Shown here in pieces: positions 9,982 to 16,511 of a stretch of DNA of 32,000 bases. Where the stretch lies: the NCBI RefSeq assembly GCF_001465295.1, contig NZ_CP011035.1:540001-572000 (forward strand), given 5' to 3'. Below the pieces are notes generated by a model. The model saw nothing but the letters and a program-made list of their open reading frames with translations, was not told where the DNA came from and did not search any database. Made by a program: the position numbers and the translations under genes. Numbering within the stretch: position 1 is the stretch's first letter; each line of letters starts with the position of its first letter. This DNA comes from Pseudoalteromonas translucida KMM 520. GTDB lineage: Bacteria > Pseudomonadota > Gammaproteobacteria > Enterobacterales > Alteromonadaceae.

Positions 9982-10368
9982 ATGGAAATTTCAGTTGCAA
10001 TGTTAGATGGCCAAAAGCTCAGTGCTAAATTTGGCGATCATGAAGTGATAAGCGATCAGAGTTTGGCTGCAGGTGGCAACGCAGAGCACCCAGAACCATT
10101 TGATTACTTTTTAGTGAGCATGGTGTTATGTGCAGGCTTTTATGCAAGAAAGTTTTGCCAACAACGCGATATTTCGACACAAGGCATGTCACTTAAGCAA
10201 AATAACGAAAATGTGGATGAAGATGGTAAAAAGTTATTCTCTATTGAGATAACACTCCCGGATGGATTTCCTGATAAGTATAAAAAAGCACTGGTTGCCG
10301 CGGTAAATACCTGCACCGTGAAAAAAGTAATTCAGGCAGTACCTGAATTTTCAGTGGTAGTTAAATAA
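9982..10368 (+). CDS. OsmC/Ohr-family protein (peroxiredoxin-like)
   Basis: An OsmC-like core is present (GGNAEHPEPFDYFLVSMVLCAG ... AVNTCTVKK, with two Cys). I prefer the ATG at 9982 preceded by AAGGGA over the track start at 9922, which overlaps the upstream gene. Confidence 0.7.
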   Translation: MEISVAMLDGQKLSAKFGDHEVISDQSLAAGGNAEHPEPFDYFLVSMVLCAGFYARKFCQQRDISTQGMSLKQNNENVDEDGKKLFSIEITLPDGFPDKYKKALVAAVNTCTVKKVIQAVPEFSVVVK

Positions 10369-10392
10369 ATAGTTAAAGAAGTAGTTAATTAA

Positions 10393-10424
10393 AGTCACTG
10401 AGTGTTACACAACATCCAGTGACT
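10393..10424. terminator. Hairpin between convergent OsmC gene and L36 remnant (weak terminator candidate)
   Basis: 8-bp stem agtcactg (10393-10400) pairs with cagtgact (10417-10424) with a 16-nt loop. The flanks are only modestly T/A-rich. Confidence 0.3.
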
Positions 10425-10462
10425 GCTTTATAAAGTGATAGTGGTCAAATGCTATTTCTTTT

Positions 10463-10578
10463 TCATACTTGAACAGCTTTAAAGCGCGGCTTCTCCTTAC
10501 AAATCACAAACACGCGTCCTTTACCTTTTACAACTTGGCACCCTACTTAGCACTTTTAAGTGAACTCAATACTTTCAT
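10463..10578 (-). pseudogene. ykgO: Type-B (YkgO-like) ribosomal protein L36 paralog, frameshifted
   Basis: Not in the ORF track. The minus strand reads ATG..MKVLSSLKSAK then TAG (10543-10545). One frame over it continues GCQVVKGKGRVFVICKEKPRFKAVQV-stop (ending at 10463). Together these match YkgO-type L36 ([40 protein letters not shown]..., from memory). About 10 nt appear to be missing between the K and the C. Confidence 0.6.
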
Positions 10579-10763
10579 TTTATACTTCATTAATAAATAA
10601 AATAGGGTAGTCCCCATAATGGCAATTACTATGTGATGTTATTTTATTTTGGGGGATTTATAGACACTCAATAATTTATTGAATTAGCGTTTAAAGGCCA
10701 TAATTGCTGGCTATTTATGCAAATGAATCAAAAAATGAGTAGTTAAACCAAAAGTGCTGGCTA

Positions 10764-10791
10764 TTGGCGTTTAGCCTGTTATAACTATAAT
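10764..10791 (+). promoter_or_regulatory. Candidate sigma70 promoter of the 89-aa orphan gene, overlapped by an imperfect palindrome
   Basis: -35 TTGGCG (10764-10769), a 16-nt spacer and -10 TATAAT (10786-10791). SD AGAGG lies at 10826-10830 and the ATG at 10838. The palindrome TGTTATAACTATAATTACA (10777-10795) overlaps the -10. Confidence 0.45.
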
Positions 10792-10837
10792 TACATTCGT
10801 TAAAAACAGCACAAACAGTAGATCTCAGAGGTAACAT

Positions 10838-11107
10838 ATGAGCGACGCAATACAAAAACAACAACAAATAGATCAAGGGGTAATGGATACTCTAAAAGAG
10901 CGCGACCATAGTGTTTTAGCACAACAAGTAAACCCTTTAACTTGCACCCATAATGATATTATTGAGTTACTTGCCCAATATATGGCATTAAGTGAACAAG
11001 ATAACGATGATCTATTTGATCACTGGTTTGATAATCTAACTAAAGAGCAGCATACAGTACTAAAAGTATTTGAAGTGTACCGTGGGCAGTATGAACATCA
11101 AAACTAG
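10838..11107 (+). CDS. Hypothetical small acidic protein (89 aa)
   Basis: The ORF has a good SD and promoter. I recognise no family. It is D/E/Q-rich, with no signal peptide or TM segment. Confidence 0.5.
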   Translation: MSDAIQKQQQIDQGVMDTLKERDHSVLAQQVNPLTCTHNDIIELLAQYMALSEQDNDDLFDHWFDNLTKEQHTVLKVFEVYRGQYEHQN

Positions 11108-11184
11108 TTTAATAGTAATACCAAGCCAAAACATGATCATTTTAGTTGATTAAATAGTTTATTTGTTAGGTTGGTAATAACTTA

Positions 11185-11224
11185 TACATGTATGGATACA
11201 GAAGTACATGTATGGATACAGAAG
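11185..11224. repeat. Perfect 2 x 20-bp direct tandem repeat (TACATGTATGGATACAGAAG)
   Basis: 11185-11204 and 11205-11224 are identical. The repeat lies in the intergenic region between the 89-aa gene and the first csp gene. Confidence 0.95.
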
Positions 11225-11360
11225 ATAGTGCAATGCACGATGCGCAGCAATTTTTGATAATAATGATAATTCATTATTCGCATCTTGTGATTACAGCATT
11301 TCGTTGGCGCTATAATTACTCTTAATTTAATTGCTATATAAATATAGAAAAGTAAAACAA

Positions 11361-11395
11361 AAAACCCACTATAGCCAGGCTATGAGTGGGTTTTT
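11361..11395. terminator. Bidirectional rho-independent terminator
   Basis: Stem cccact(a)tagcc pairs with ggctatgagtggg, flanked by an A-run (11356-11364) and a T-run (11391-11395). It sits 34 nt downstream of the csp stop on the minus strand and also faces the plus-strand orphan gene. Confidence 0.75.
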
Positions 11396-11428
11396 AGTGC
11401 GCTTTAAAAACGCATCAGCTAAAACAGC

Positions 11429-11638
11429 TTAGATAGCTACGATGTTTTCAGCTTGTGGACCTTTTTGACCTTGTGTAACAGTAAACTGTACACGTTGGCC
11501 TTCAGCTAGAGTTTTGAAACCGTCGCCAGAAATTGCGCTAAAATGTGCGAAAACGTCTGCGCCAGATTCTTGCTCGATAAAACCAAAACCTTTTGCTTCG
11601 TTAAACCATTTTACTGAACCAGTAGTTGTATTAGACAT
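11429..11638 (-). CDS. Cold-shock protein, CspA family (copy 1)
   Basis: 69 aa. The RNP1/RNP2 motifs KGFGFI and VFAHFS are present, and SD AGGA lies upstream. Confidence 0.95.
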   Translation of the reverse strand: MSNTTTGSVKWFNEAKGFGFIEQESGADVFAHFSAISGDGFKTLAEGQRVQFTVTQGQKGPQAENIVAI

Positions 11639-11793
11639 AATTATATCCTAAAAAATTAATAAAAGTGTGCCTGAAAGTAGGCGATTGAGCTGGAAAAAAC
11701 CTATATTTAACTTGAGGATAACGCGAAGGATTATTACTAATATCAACGTGGTACTTACAAATAAACAGTATTTCTTTCAAACTTATATAAATA

Positions 11794-11815
11794 GATGGGT
11801 TATAAATAACCCATC
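11794..11815 (-). terminator. Hairpin terminator candidate downstream of csp copy 2
   Basis: 9-bp stem gatgggtta pairs with taacccatc, followed on the minus strand by a U/A-rich tract. Confidence 0.45.
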
Positions 11816-11827
11816 AACTTAAACATC

Positions 11828-12037
11828 TTAGATACAAACGATGTTTTCAGCTTGTGGACCTTTTTGACCTTGTGTAACAGTAAACTGTACACGTTGGCCT
11901 TCAGCTAAAGTTTTGAAACCGTCGCCAGAGATTGCACTGAAATGTGCGAAAACGTCTGCGCCAGATTCTTGCTCGATAAAACCAAAACCTTTAGCTTCGT
12001 TAAAAAACTTTACTGTACCAGTAGTTGTATTAGACAT
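11828..12037 (-). CDS. Cold-shock protein, CspA family (copy 2)
   Basis: 69 aa. It differs from copy 1 at only a few residues (S8T, W11F, A68C). Confidence 0.95.
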   Translation of the reverse strand: MSNTTTGTVKFFNEAKGFGFIEQESGADVFAHFSAISGDGFKTLAEGQRVQFTVTQGQKGPQAENIVCI

Positions 12038-12193
12038 AATTGTATCCTAAGAAATTAATAAAAAATGTGCCTGAAAGTAGGCGATTAAGCTGGAAAAAAT
12101 AAATATTTAACTTGAGGATAACACAAAGGATTATTACTAATATCAACGTGGTACGTACAAATAAACAGAACTTCTTTCAAACTAATATTCATT

Positions 12194-12215
12194 AACGGGT
12201 TATTACTAACCCATT
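12194..12215 (-). terminator. Hairpin terminator candidate downstream of csp copy 3
   Basis: Stem aacgggtta pairs with taacccatt (one G-U pair on the minus-strand RNA). The U-tract is weak. Confidence 0.35.
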
Positions 12216-12227
12216 AAATTAAAAAAT

Positions 12228-12434
12228 TTAGATGCAAACAATATTTTCTGCTTGCGGGCCTTTTTGACCTTGTGTAACAGTAAACTGTACACGTTGGCCT
12301 TCAGCTAATGTTTTGAAGCCATCGCTAGTAATTGCGCTAAAATGAGCAAAAACATCAGGACCAGACTCTTGTTCAATAAAACCAAAACCTTTTGCTTCAT
12401 TAAACCATTTAACTGAACCAGTTGTTGTAGACAT
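12228..12434 (-). CDS. Cold-shock protein, CspA family (copy 3)
   Basis: 68 aa with the same RNP motifs. The third-position divergence is higher than between copies 1 and 2. Confidence 0.95.
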   Translation of the reverse strand: MSTTTGSVKWFNEAKGFGFIEQESGPDVFAHFSAITSDGFKTLAEGQRVQFTVTQGQKGPQAENIVCI

Positions 12435-12708
12435 AGTAGTATCCTAAAAAAATTAAAGTGCGCCCTATATAAGGCATATAAAGAGTAAGAAAACATATAT
12501 TTAACTGAGGATAGCGCGAAGGATTATTACTAATAACAACGTGGTACTTACAAATAAACAGGGCTTTCTATCAACCCGATGTGACGTACTTTAACAGCAA
12601 CCTCAGCCGGATATCAAGTTTTATTTAGATTTATTTTTTCCACTAGCGAAGCGTACTGGCTTTTGTGGATTATAATTTGTTTAATTATTTTTGATAAAGA
12701 ACGTTATA

Positions 12709-12743
12709 TTAAGTAGTAATTTAAAAGGTGAATTACTACTTAA
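12709..12743. repeat. Perfect 13-bp inverted repeat with 9-nt loop
   Basis: ttaagtagtaatt (12709-12721) pairs with aattactacttaa (12731-12743). It lies in a ~490-bp region with no called gene. Confidence 0.9.
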
Positions 12744-12987
12744 ACGCAGTTGTTATTATATAGAGCAGGGTAATGGACTGTACGAAGTTAAATTACCAAC
12801 ACTAGAGCGGTAAACAATAAAGGCATTAATTAACAATAAGTTACGTTGTCTGGCGTTTGATCTGGGTTACAGGCACTTTTTAAATATAAAACGTATAAAT
12901 TGGCAAAACTAATTTTGACTTTATACCACTCACCCACTAAGTTATTTGCTTATATCAAGTGTTTAACAGTATTGTTATAGCTGTATT

Positions 12988-15552
12988 TTAGACTAATAAA
13001 AAGGGAGCCGTTTGGCTGGTTTTTGACTTTGCGACCTGTGCAGGGGAGCCTTGAGCGACTATTTGTCCGCCATGATCACCTGCGCTGGGGCCCATGTCGA
13101 TAACCCAATCACTATTACTGGCAACCTGCATATCATGTTCGACCATAATAACGGTGTTACCTGCATCTACAAGCTTATTTAATTGCACCATCAGCATTGC
13201 TATATCAGCTGGATGCAGGCCAGTAGTAGGCTCATCAAGTACATAAAGAGTATCACCGCGTTGTGTGCGCTGTAATTCGGTTGCAAGTTTAATACGCTGG
13301 GCTTCGCCGCCAGATAACTCGGTTGCTGGCTGGCCGAGGCGTAAATATCCTAGGCCTACTTGTAACAAAGTGTCCAAAGCTCGTGATATCTGTGGTTCAT
13401 CTATAAAAAATTGACGTGCAGATTCAACCGTTAAATCGAGTACTTGAGCAATGTTTTTTTCGCGATAACACACTTCAAGTGTTTGCTCGTTATAACGCTG
13501 GCCTTGGCATACTTGACACGGTGAATAAACACTTGGCAAAAATAACAGCTCAACACTAACAAACCCCACACCCTCACAATTAGCACAGCGGCCTTTTTTC
13601 ACGTTGAACGAAAAGCGGCCCATATCGTAGCGTCGTGCTTTAGACTTGTTAGTGGATGCAAATAATTTGCGGACGTGATCAAATAAGCCAGTATAGGTGG
13701 CGAGGTTTGATCTGGGTGTACGCCCAATTGCCTTTTGATCTACATTTACTAGACGTTTTACGTGCTGCATGCCATCTGTAATTTGCCCGCCAGTGGGAAT
13801 TTCTAGTTCTTGCTCGAGTAACTCGGCTTCGTCAGTTGGGCTCTCTAAAGTAGCTTTTTGTCCTAACGCATCATAAACCAGCTCCACTAGAGCTTGACTT
13901 ATGAGGCTTGATTTACCCGATCCAGAAACTCCGGTAACGGTTGTCATCACGCCCAGTGGAAATTCAACATCTAATTTTTGTAAGTTATTACGCTCAATTG
14001 CTGCGAGCTTTAGCCAGGCTTGAGGTTGTCTGCAAGTGTGTTTGGTTATCGCGTCTGCAGTAAACAAAAATCGAGCGGTATGAGATTTAGCAACGCCTTG
14101 TAAACCACTAATAGGGCCGCTGTAAATCACTTCACCGCCATGCGTACCAGCATCTGGGCCAACATCAACAATCCAATCGGCATGTTTAATAACGCTAACA
14201 TCGTGTTCTACAACAAATACAGAGTTACCAGCTGCAATGAGTTGATCAAGCGCCCCAAGCAATGCTTGGGTATCTGCTGGATGTAGTCCTGCTGAGGGTT
14301 CATCTAAAACATAAACCACACCAAATAGTTGTGAACGAATTTGGGTTGCTAGTCGTAAGCGTTGTAGTTCGCCTGCAGATAAAGTGGGTGTGGTACGTTG
14401 CAACGACAGATACCCTAAGCCAAGTGTTGTTAGTGCCTCTACCCGGGCCAAAATGTCGCTGGCAATTCGCTGAGCTACAATTGCTTTCTCTCTATTAGGC
14501 GAATTTTTGGCTGGCTTTATCTTAGCAATATCACGTAGTCGCAGTGCTAGCTCTGTTAGCGTTAATTGGGATAACTCACCAATATCAAGGCCTGTAAACT
14601 TGACCGACAAGGATTGCTGTTTTAATTTTTTACCTTTGCAATCAGGGCATTCAGAAATTTGCATAAACTGTGATACACGTTTTTTAGTTCGCGGGCTTTG
14701 CGTGGTAGCAAAAGAGTGCAAAATAAAACGTTTAGCACTTGAGTATGTACCCATGTAACTCGGCTTCTCATTTTTTTCAATGGCGTTGCGAGTTTGCTCT
14801 TTGCTGTATTGCGGGTAAACAGGTACAACGGGAGTTTCGTCGGTAAATAGAATCCAATCGCGGGTTTTTTTAGGGAGTAATTTCCATGGTGTATCAATGT
14901 CGTAACCAAGAGAGACAAGTATACGGCTGAGGTTTTGTCCTTGCCACGCAGGAGGCCATGCAGCTATGGCCCGTTCGCGAATTGTTTTTGTATCATCAGG
15001 TACAAGTAACTTTTCTGTTACTGCAAACACTCGGCCAATACCATGACATAAGGTGCAGGCACCTTGTGGAGTGTTAGGGGAAAATGCGTCGGCGTAGAGT
15101 ATACTTTGACCGCTAGGGTAGTCGCCTGCACGAGAGTAGAGCATTCGCAGGGTATTAGAAATAGTAGTTACACTTCCCACAGATGAGCGAACCGATGGGG
15201 TGCCTCGTTGTTGTTGCAGTGCTACTGCAGGAGGTAGGCCGTTTATATCATCTACATCGGGCTCATCTACTTGGTCAATTAATCTTCGCGCGTAAGGCGA
15301 TACAGAATCGAGATAGCGGCGTTGTGACTCGGCAAACAAGGTGCCAAAAGCGAGAGATGATTTTCCAGATCCCGATATACCAGTAAAAACGATGAGTGCG
15401 TTGCGGGGTAAGTCTACATCAACATTTTTTAAATTGTGAACCCGCGCACCCCGAACCTGAATACAGTGCTCAGGTGCACTGGAAATGCTGTGCGTTTGCT
15501 GTTGAAGTGTGTGGTTTACAGGTTTTGTTGCGTTTTTGCTGATACTGCTCAT
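12988..15552 (-). CDS. UvrA paralog (class II, UvrA2-like ABC ATPase lacking the UvrB-binding domain)
   Basis: 854 aa with two ABC modules (GISGSGKSS, GVSGSGKSS; signatures LSAGELQR, LSGGEAQR) and Zn-module cysteines (CTLCHGIG, CPDCKG, CANCEG, CQVCQG). Only ~25 aa separate the LYSRAG segment from the FSPNTPQGAC motif, where E. coli UvrA has the ~130-aa UvrB-binding insertion. Confidence 0.85.
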   Translation of the reverse strand: MSSISKNATKPVNHTLQQQTHSISSAPEHCIQVRGARVHNLKNVDVDLPRNALIVFTGISGSGKSSLAFGTLFAESQRRYLDSVSPYARRLIDQVDEPDVDDINGLPPAVALQQQRGTPSVRSSVGSVTTISNTLRMLYSRAGDYPSGQSILYADAFSPNTPQGACTLCHGIGRVFAVTEKLLVPDDTKTIRERAIAAWPPAWQGQNLSRILVSLGYDIDTPWKLLPKKTRDWILFTDETPVVPVYPQYSKEQTRNAIEKNEKPSYMGTYSSAKRFILHSFATTQSPRTKKRVSQFMQISECPDCKGKKLKQQSLSVKFTGLDIGELSQLTLTELALRLRDIAKIKPAKNSPNREKAIVAQRIASDILARVEALTTLGLGYLSLQRTTPTLSAGELQRLRLATQIRSQLFGVVYVLDEPSAGLHPADTQALLGALDQLIAAGNSVFVVEHDVSVIKHADWIVDVGPDAGTHGGEVIYSGPISGLQGVAKSHTARFLFTADAITKHTCRQPQAWLKLAAIERNNLQKLDVEFPLGVMTTVTGVSGSGKSSLISQALVELVYDALGQKATLESPTDEAELLEQELEIPTGGQITDGMQHVKRLVNVDQKAIGRTPRSNLATYTGLFDHVRKLFASTNKSKARRYDMGRFSFNVKKGRCANCEGVGFVSVELLFLPSVYSPCQVCQGQRYNEQTLEVCYREKNIAQVLDLTVESARQFFIDEPQISRALDTLLQVGLGYLRLGQPATELSGGEAQRIKLATELQRTQRGDTLYVLDEPTTGLHPADIAMLMVQLNKLVDAGNTVIMVEHDMQVASNSDWVIDMGPSAGDHGGQIVAQGSPAQVAKSKTSQTAPFLLV

Positions 15553-15685
15553 AAAATTGCTGCTCCGGATTATATCGTGCTTTTCAATTTTTGATCTAGT
15601 TTGGCGTGGTTAGTCGAGCTTGCTTACCATAACGTACTTACATTTATACTTCAAACCTGCATTTTGGTTTAGCTAGTTTGTATTA

Positions 15686-16339
15686 TTACTTTATCGATAA
15701 GTCGTATTTTAAAATAAGGGTATCTATATAGCGGGTTCTAAGTGTGTGTTGTTTTTCGTGATCGGCACCATGGCTCAAAGCCCGGTTGAGTAACTTTATA
15801 GCGGGGTGCAGTTTTGCTCGCTCATCTTGATCTAACCCCGCTTTACTGCGTAATTCGGTTATGTCATCAACCACCAGTCGGCCTATATCAACAGCCACTA
15901 TTTCGTCTATTAAGCCATTTTGAGTAAGCACACCATATTTGCTGCATAAAAATTGCTGCCACACTTGTTGTACATGTTCTTCTATTTCACAACTAAATAG
16001 TTCTTCGTTAAATTCAAACCCTTGCTGAGCAAGTTTGGTTAAGCTAGCGGTATATTGCTGGGCAAAGTAATTAAATGCCTGGCTGGATGAATCAATTTTT
16101 TGCTTTATCAGCCCTTGCCCCCAGTTTACACAACCTCGAGGGTAATAATCGTCGTACTCTTCGCATTCGTACAAACCCGAATATGAACTGCAACTTAGTT
16201 GGTTTTTAATACAATAACTAGGCTTAGGAAATACACTTTGCTGTTGCCAATGCTCAAGCTTATCTGCATCAATATTGAGTGCCTGGCATAGCTCGTCGGT
16301 ATGATAAAAATGGGTTGTTAAGTACTGAGATAAACGCAT
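15686..16339 (-). CDS. Hypothetical protein (217 aa), SOS-box-controlled; possible N-terminal MerR-like HTH
   Basis: The ORF has a promoter and LexA box ~30 nt upstream. The N-terminus HTDELCQALNIDADKLEHWQQQSVFP resembles MerR-type HTH openings, but this match is weak. I recognise no family. Confidence 0.55.
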   Translation of the reverse strand: MRLSQYLTTHFYHTDELCQALNIDADKLEHWQQQSVFPKPSYCIKNQLSCSSYSGLYECEEYDDYYPRGCVNWGQGLIKQKIDSSSQAFNYFAQQYTASLTKLAQQGFEFNEELFSCEIEEHVQQVWQQFLCSKYGVLTQNGLIDEIVAVDIGRLVVDDITELRSKAGLDQDERAKLHPAIKLLNRALSHGADHEKQHTLRTRYIDTLILKYDLSIK

Positions 16340-16370
16340 AAAAGCTCGCCTAATATTAAAAATACAAACA

Positions 16371-16386
16371 CTGTTTATATATACAG
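16371..16386 (-). promoter_or_regulatory. LexA (SOS) box CTGT-N8-ACAG overlapping the -10 of the 217-aa gene promoter
   Basis: The site reads aCACTGTTTATATATACAGTTa, against the consensus TACTGTATATATATACAGTA. On the minus strand, -35 TTGATA (plus coordinates 16402-16407) is followed by a 17/18-nt spacer and a TATATA -10 inside the box. Confidence 0.8.
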
Positions 16387-16511
16387 TTATTCATTTTGTA
16401 TTATCAAACTTAATATTACAAGCCATTTTATTACAAAATATGCGTTTACAGCTGCAAAAGCACACATAAATATGGTACAAATAGCGCAAGTTTTATAAAG
16501 AATGATTTTTT

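Larger units (their letters stand above)
11429..12561 (-). repeat. Three ~400-bp tandem units, each a csp gene plus conserved leader/promoter block
   Basis: Gene stop coordinates (the low-coordinate ends on the minus strand) are spaced 399 and 400 bp apart. A ~65-nt block (ATATTTAACTTGAGGATAACGCGAAGGATTATTACTAATATCAACGTGGTACTTACAAATAAACAG on the + strand) recurs at 11703-11768, 12103-12168 and 12497-12561. Confidence 0.9.

Noticed and set aside
10536-10552. Sigma-54-like element TGGCACCCTACTTAGCA on the + strand
   Set aside because: The GG-to-GC spacing is one nt longer than the TGGCAC-N5-TTGC consensus. It lies antisense inside the L36 remnant, nearly 300 nt from the next + strand gene, and no EBP gene is nearby.
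10579-10837. Search for a partner L31 type-B (ykgM) gene or a clean Zur box upstream of the L36 remnant
   Set aside because: All minus-strand frames are full of stops and show no L31-like peptide. Only an isolated ATAACAT half-site (~10633-10645) is present.
11188-11325. 45-codon + strand ORF starting inside the 20-bp tandem repeat (MYGYRSTCMDTEDS...)
   Set aside because: It has no SD and its composition is odd. The ORF exists largely because of the duplicated repeat, and nothing supports it as coding.
12305-12496. 63-aa minus-strand ORF overlapping csp copy 3 in another frame
   Set aside because: It is out of frame with a clearly genuine csp gene and extends into that gene's 5' leader. It is an artefact.
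12853-13720. Shared 13-mer GTTTGATCTGGGT at about 12853 and about 13707
   Set aside because: Several chance 13-mer matches are expected in a 32-kb window, and the flanks do not align.
14262-14918. Three short ORFs (78, 83 and 98 aa) inside or opposite the UvrA2 gene, together with similar small ORFs listed inside every large CDS (for example 509-715, 1634-1957, 2282-2695, 6645-6980, 7737-8360, 20864-21403, 22642-23022, 26513-27442, 28992-29255, 30328-31533)
   Set aside because: All are nested within confidently identified genes in other frames or strands. None has an RBS or a recognisable motif. This is typical frame-shadow noise in AT-rich DNA.
15569-15574. TATAAT hexamer (minus strand) just upstream of the UvrA2 gene as an independent promoter
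   Set aside because: It lies only ~17 nt from the ATG, so transcription would start at or inside the GGAG SD. No -35 lies at a proper spacing.
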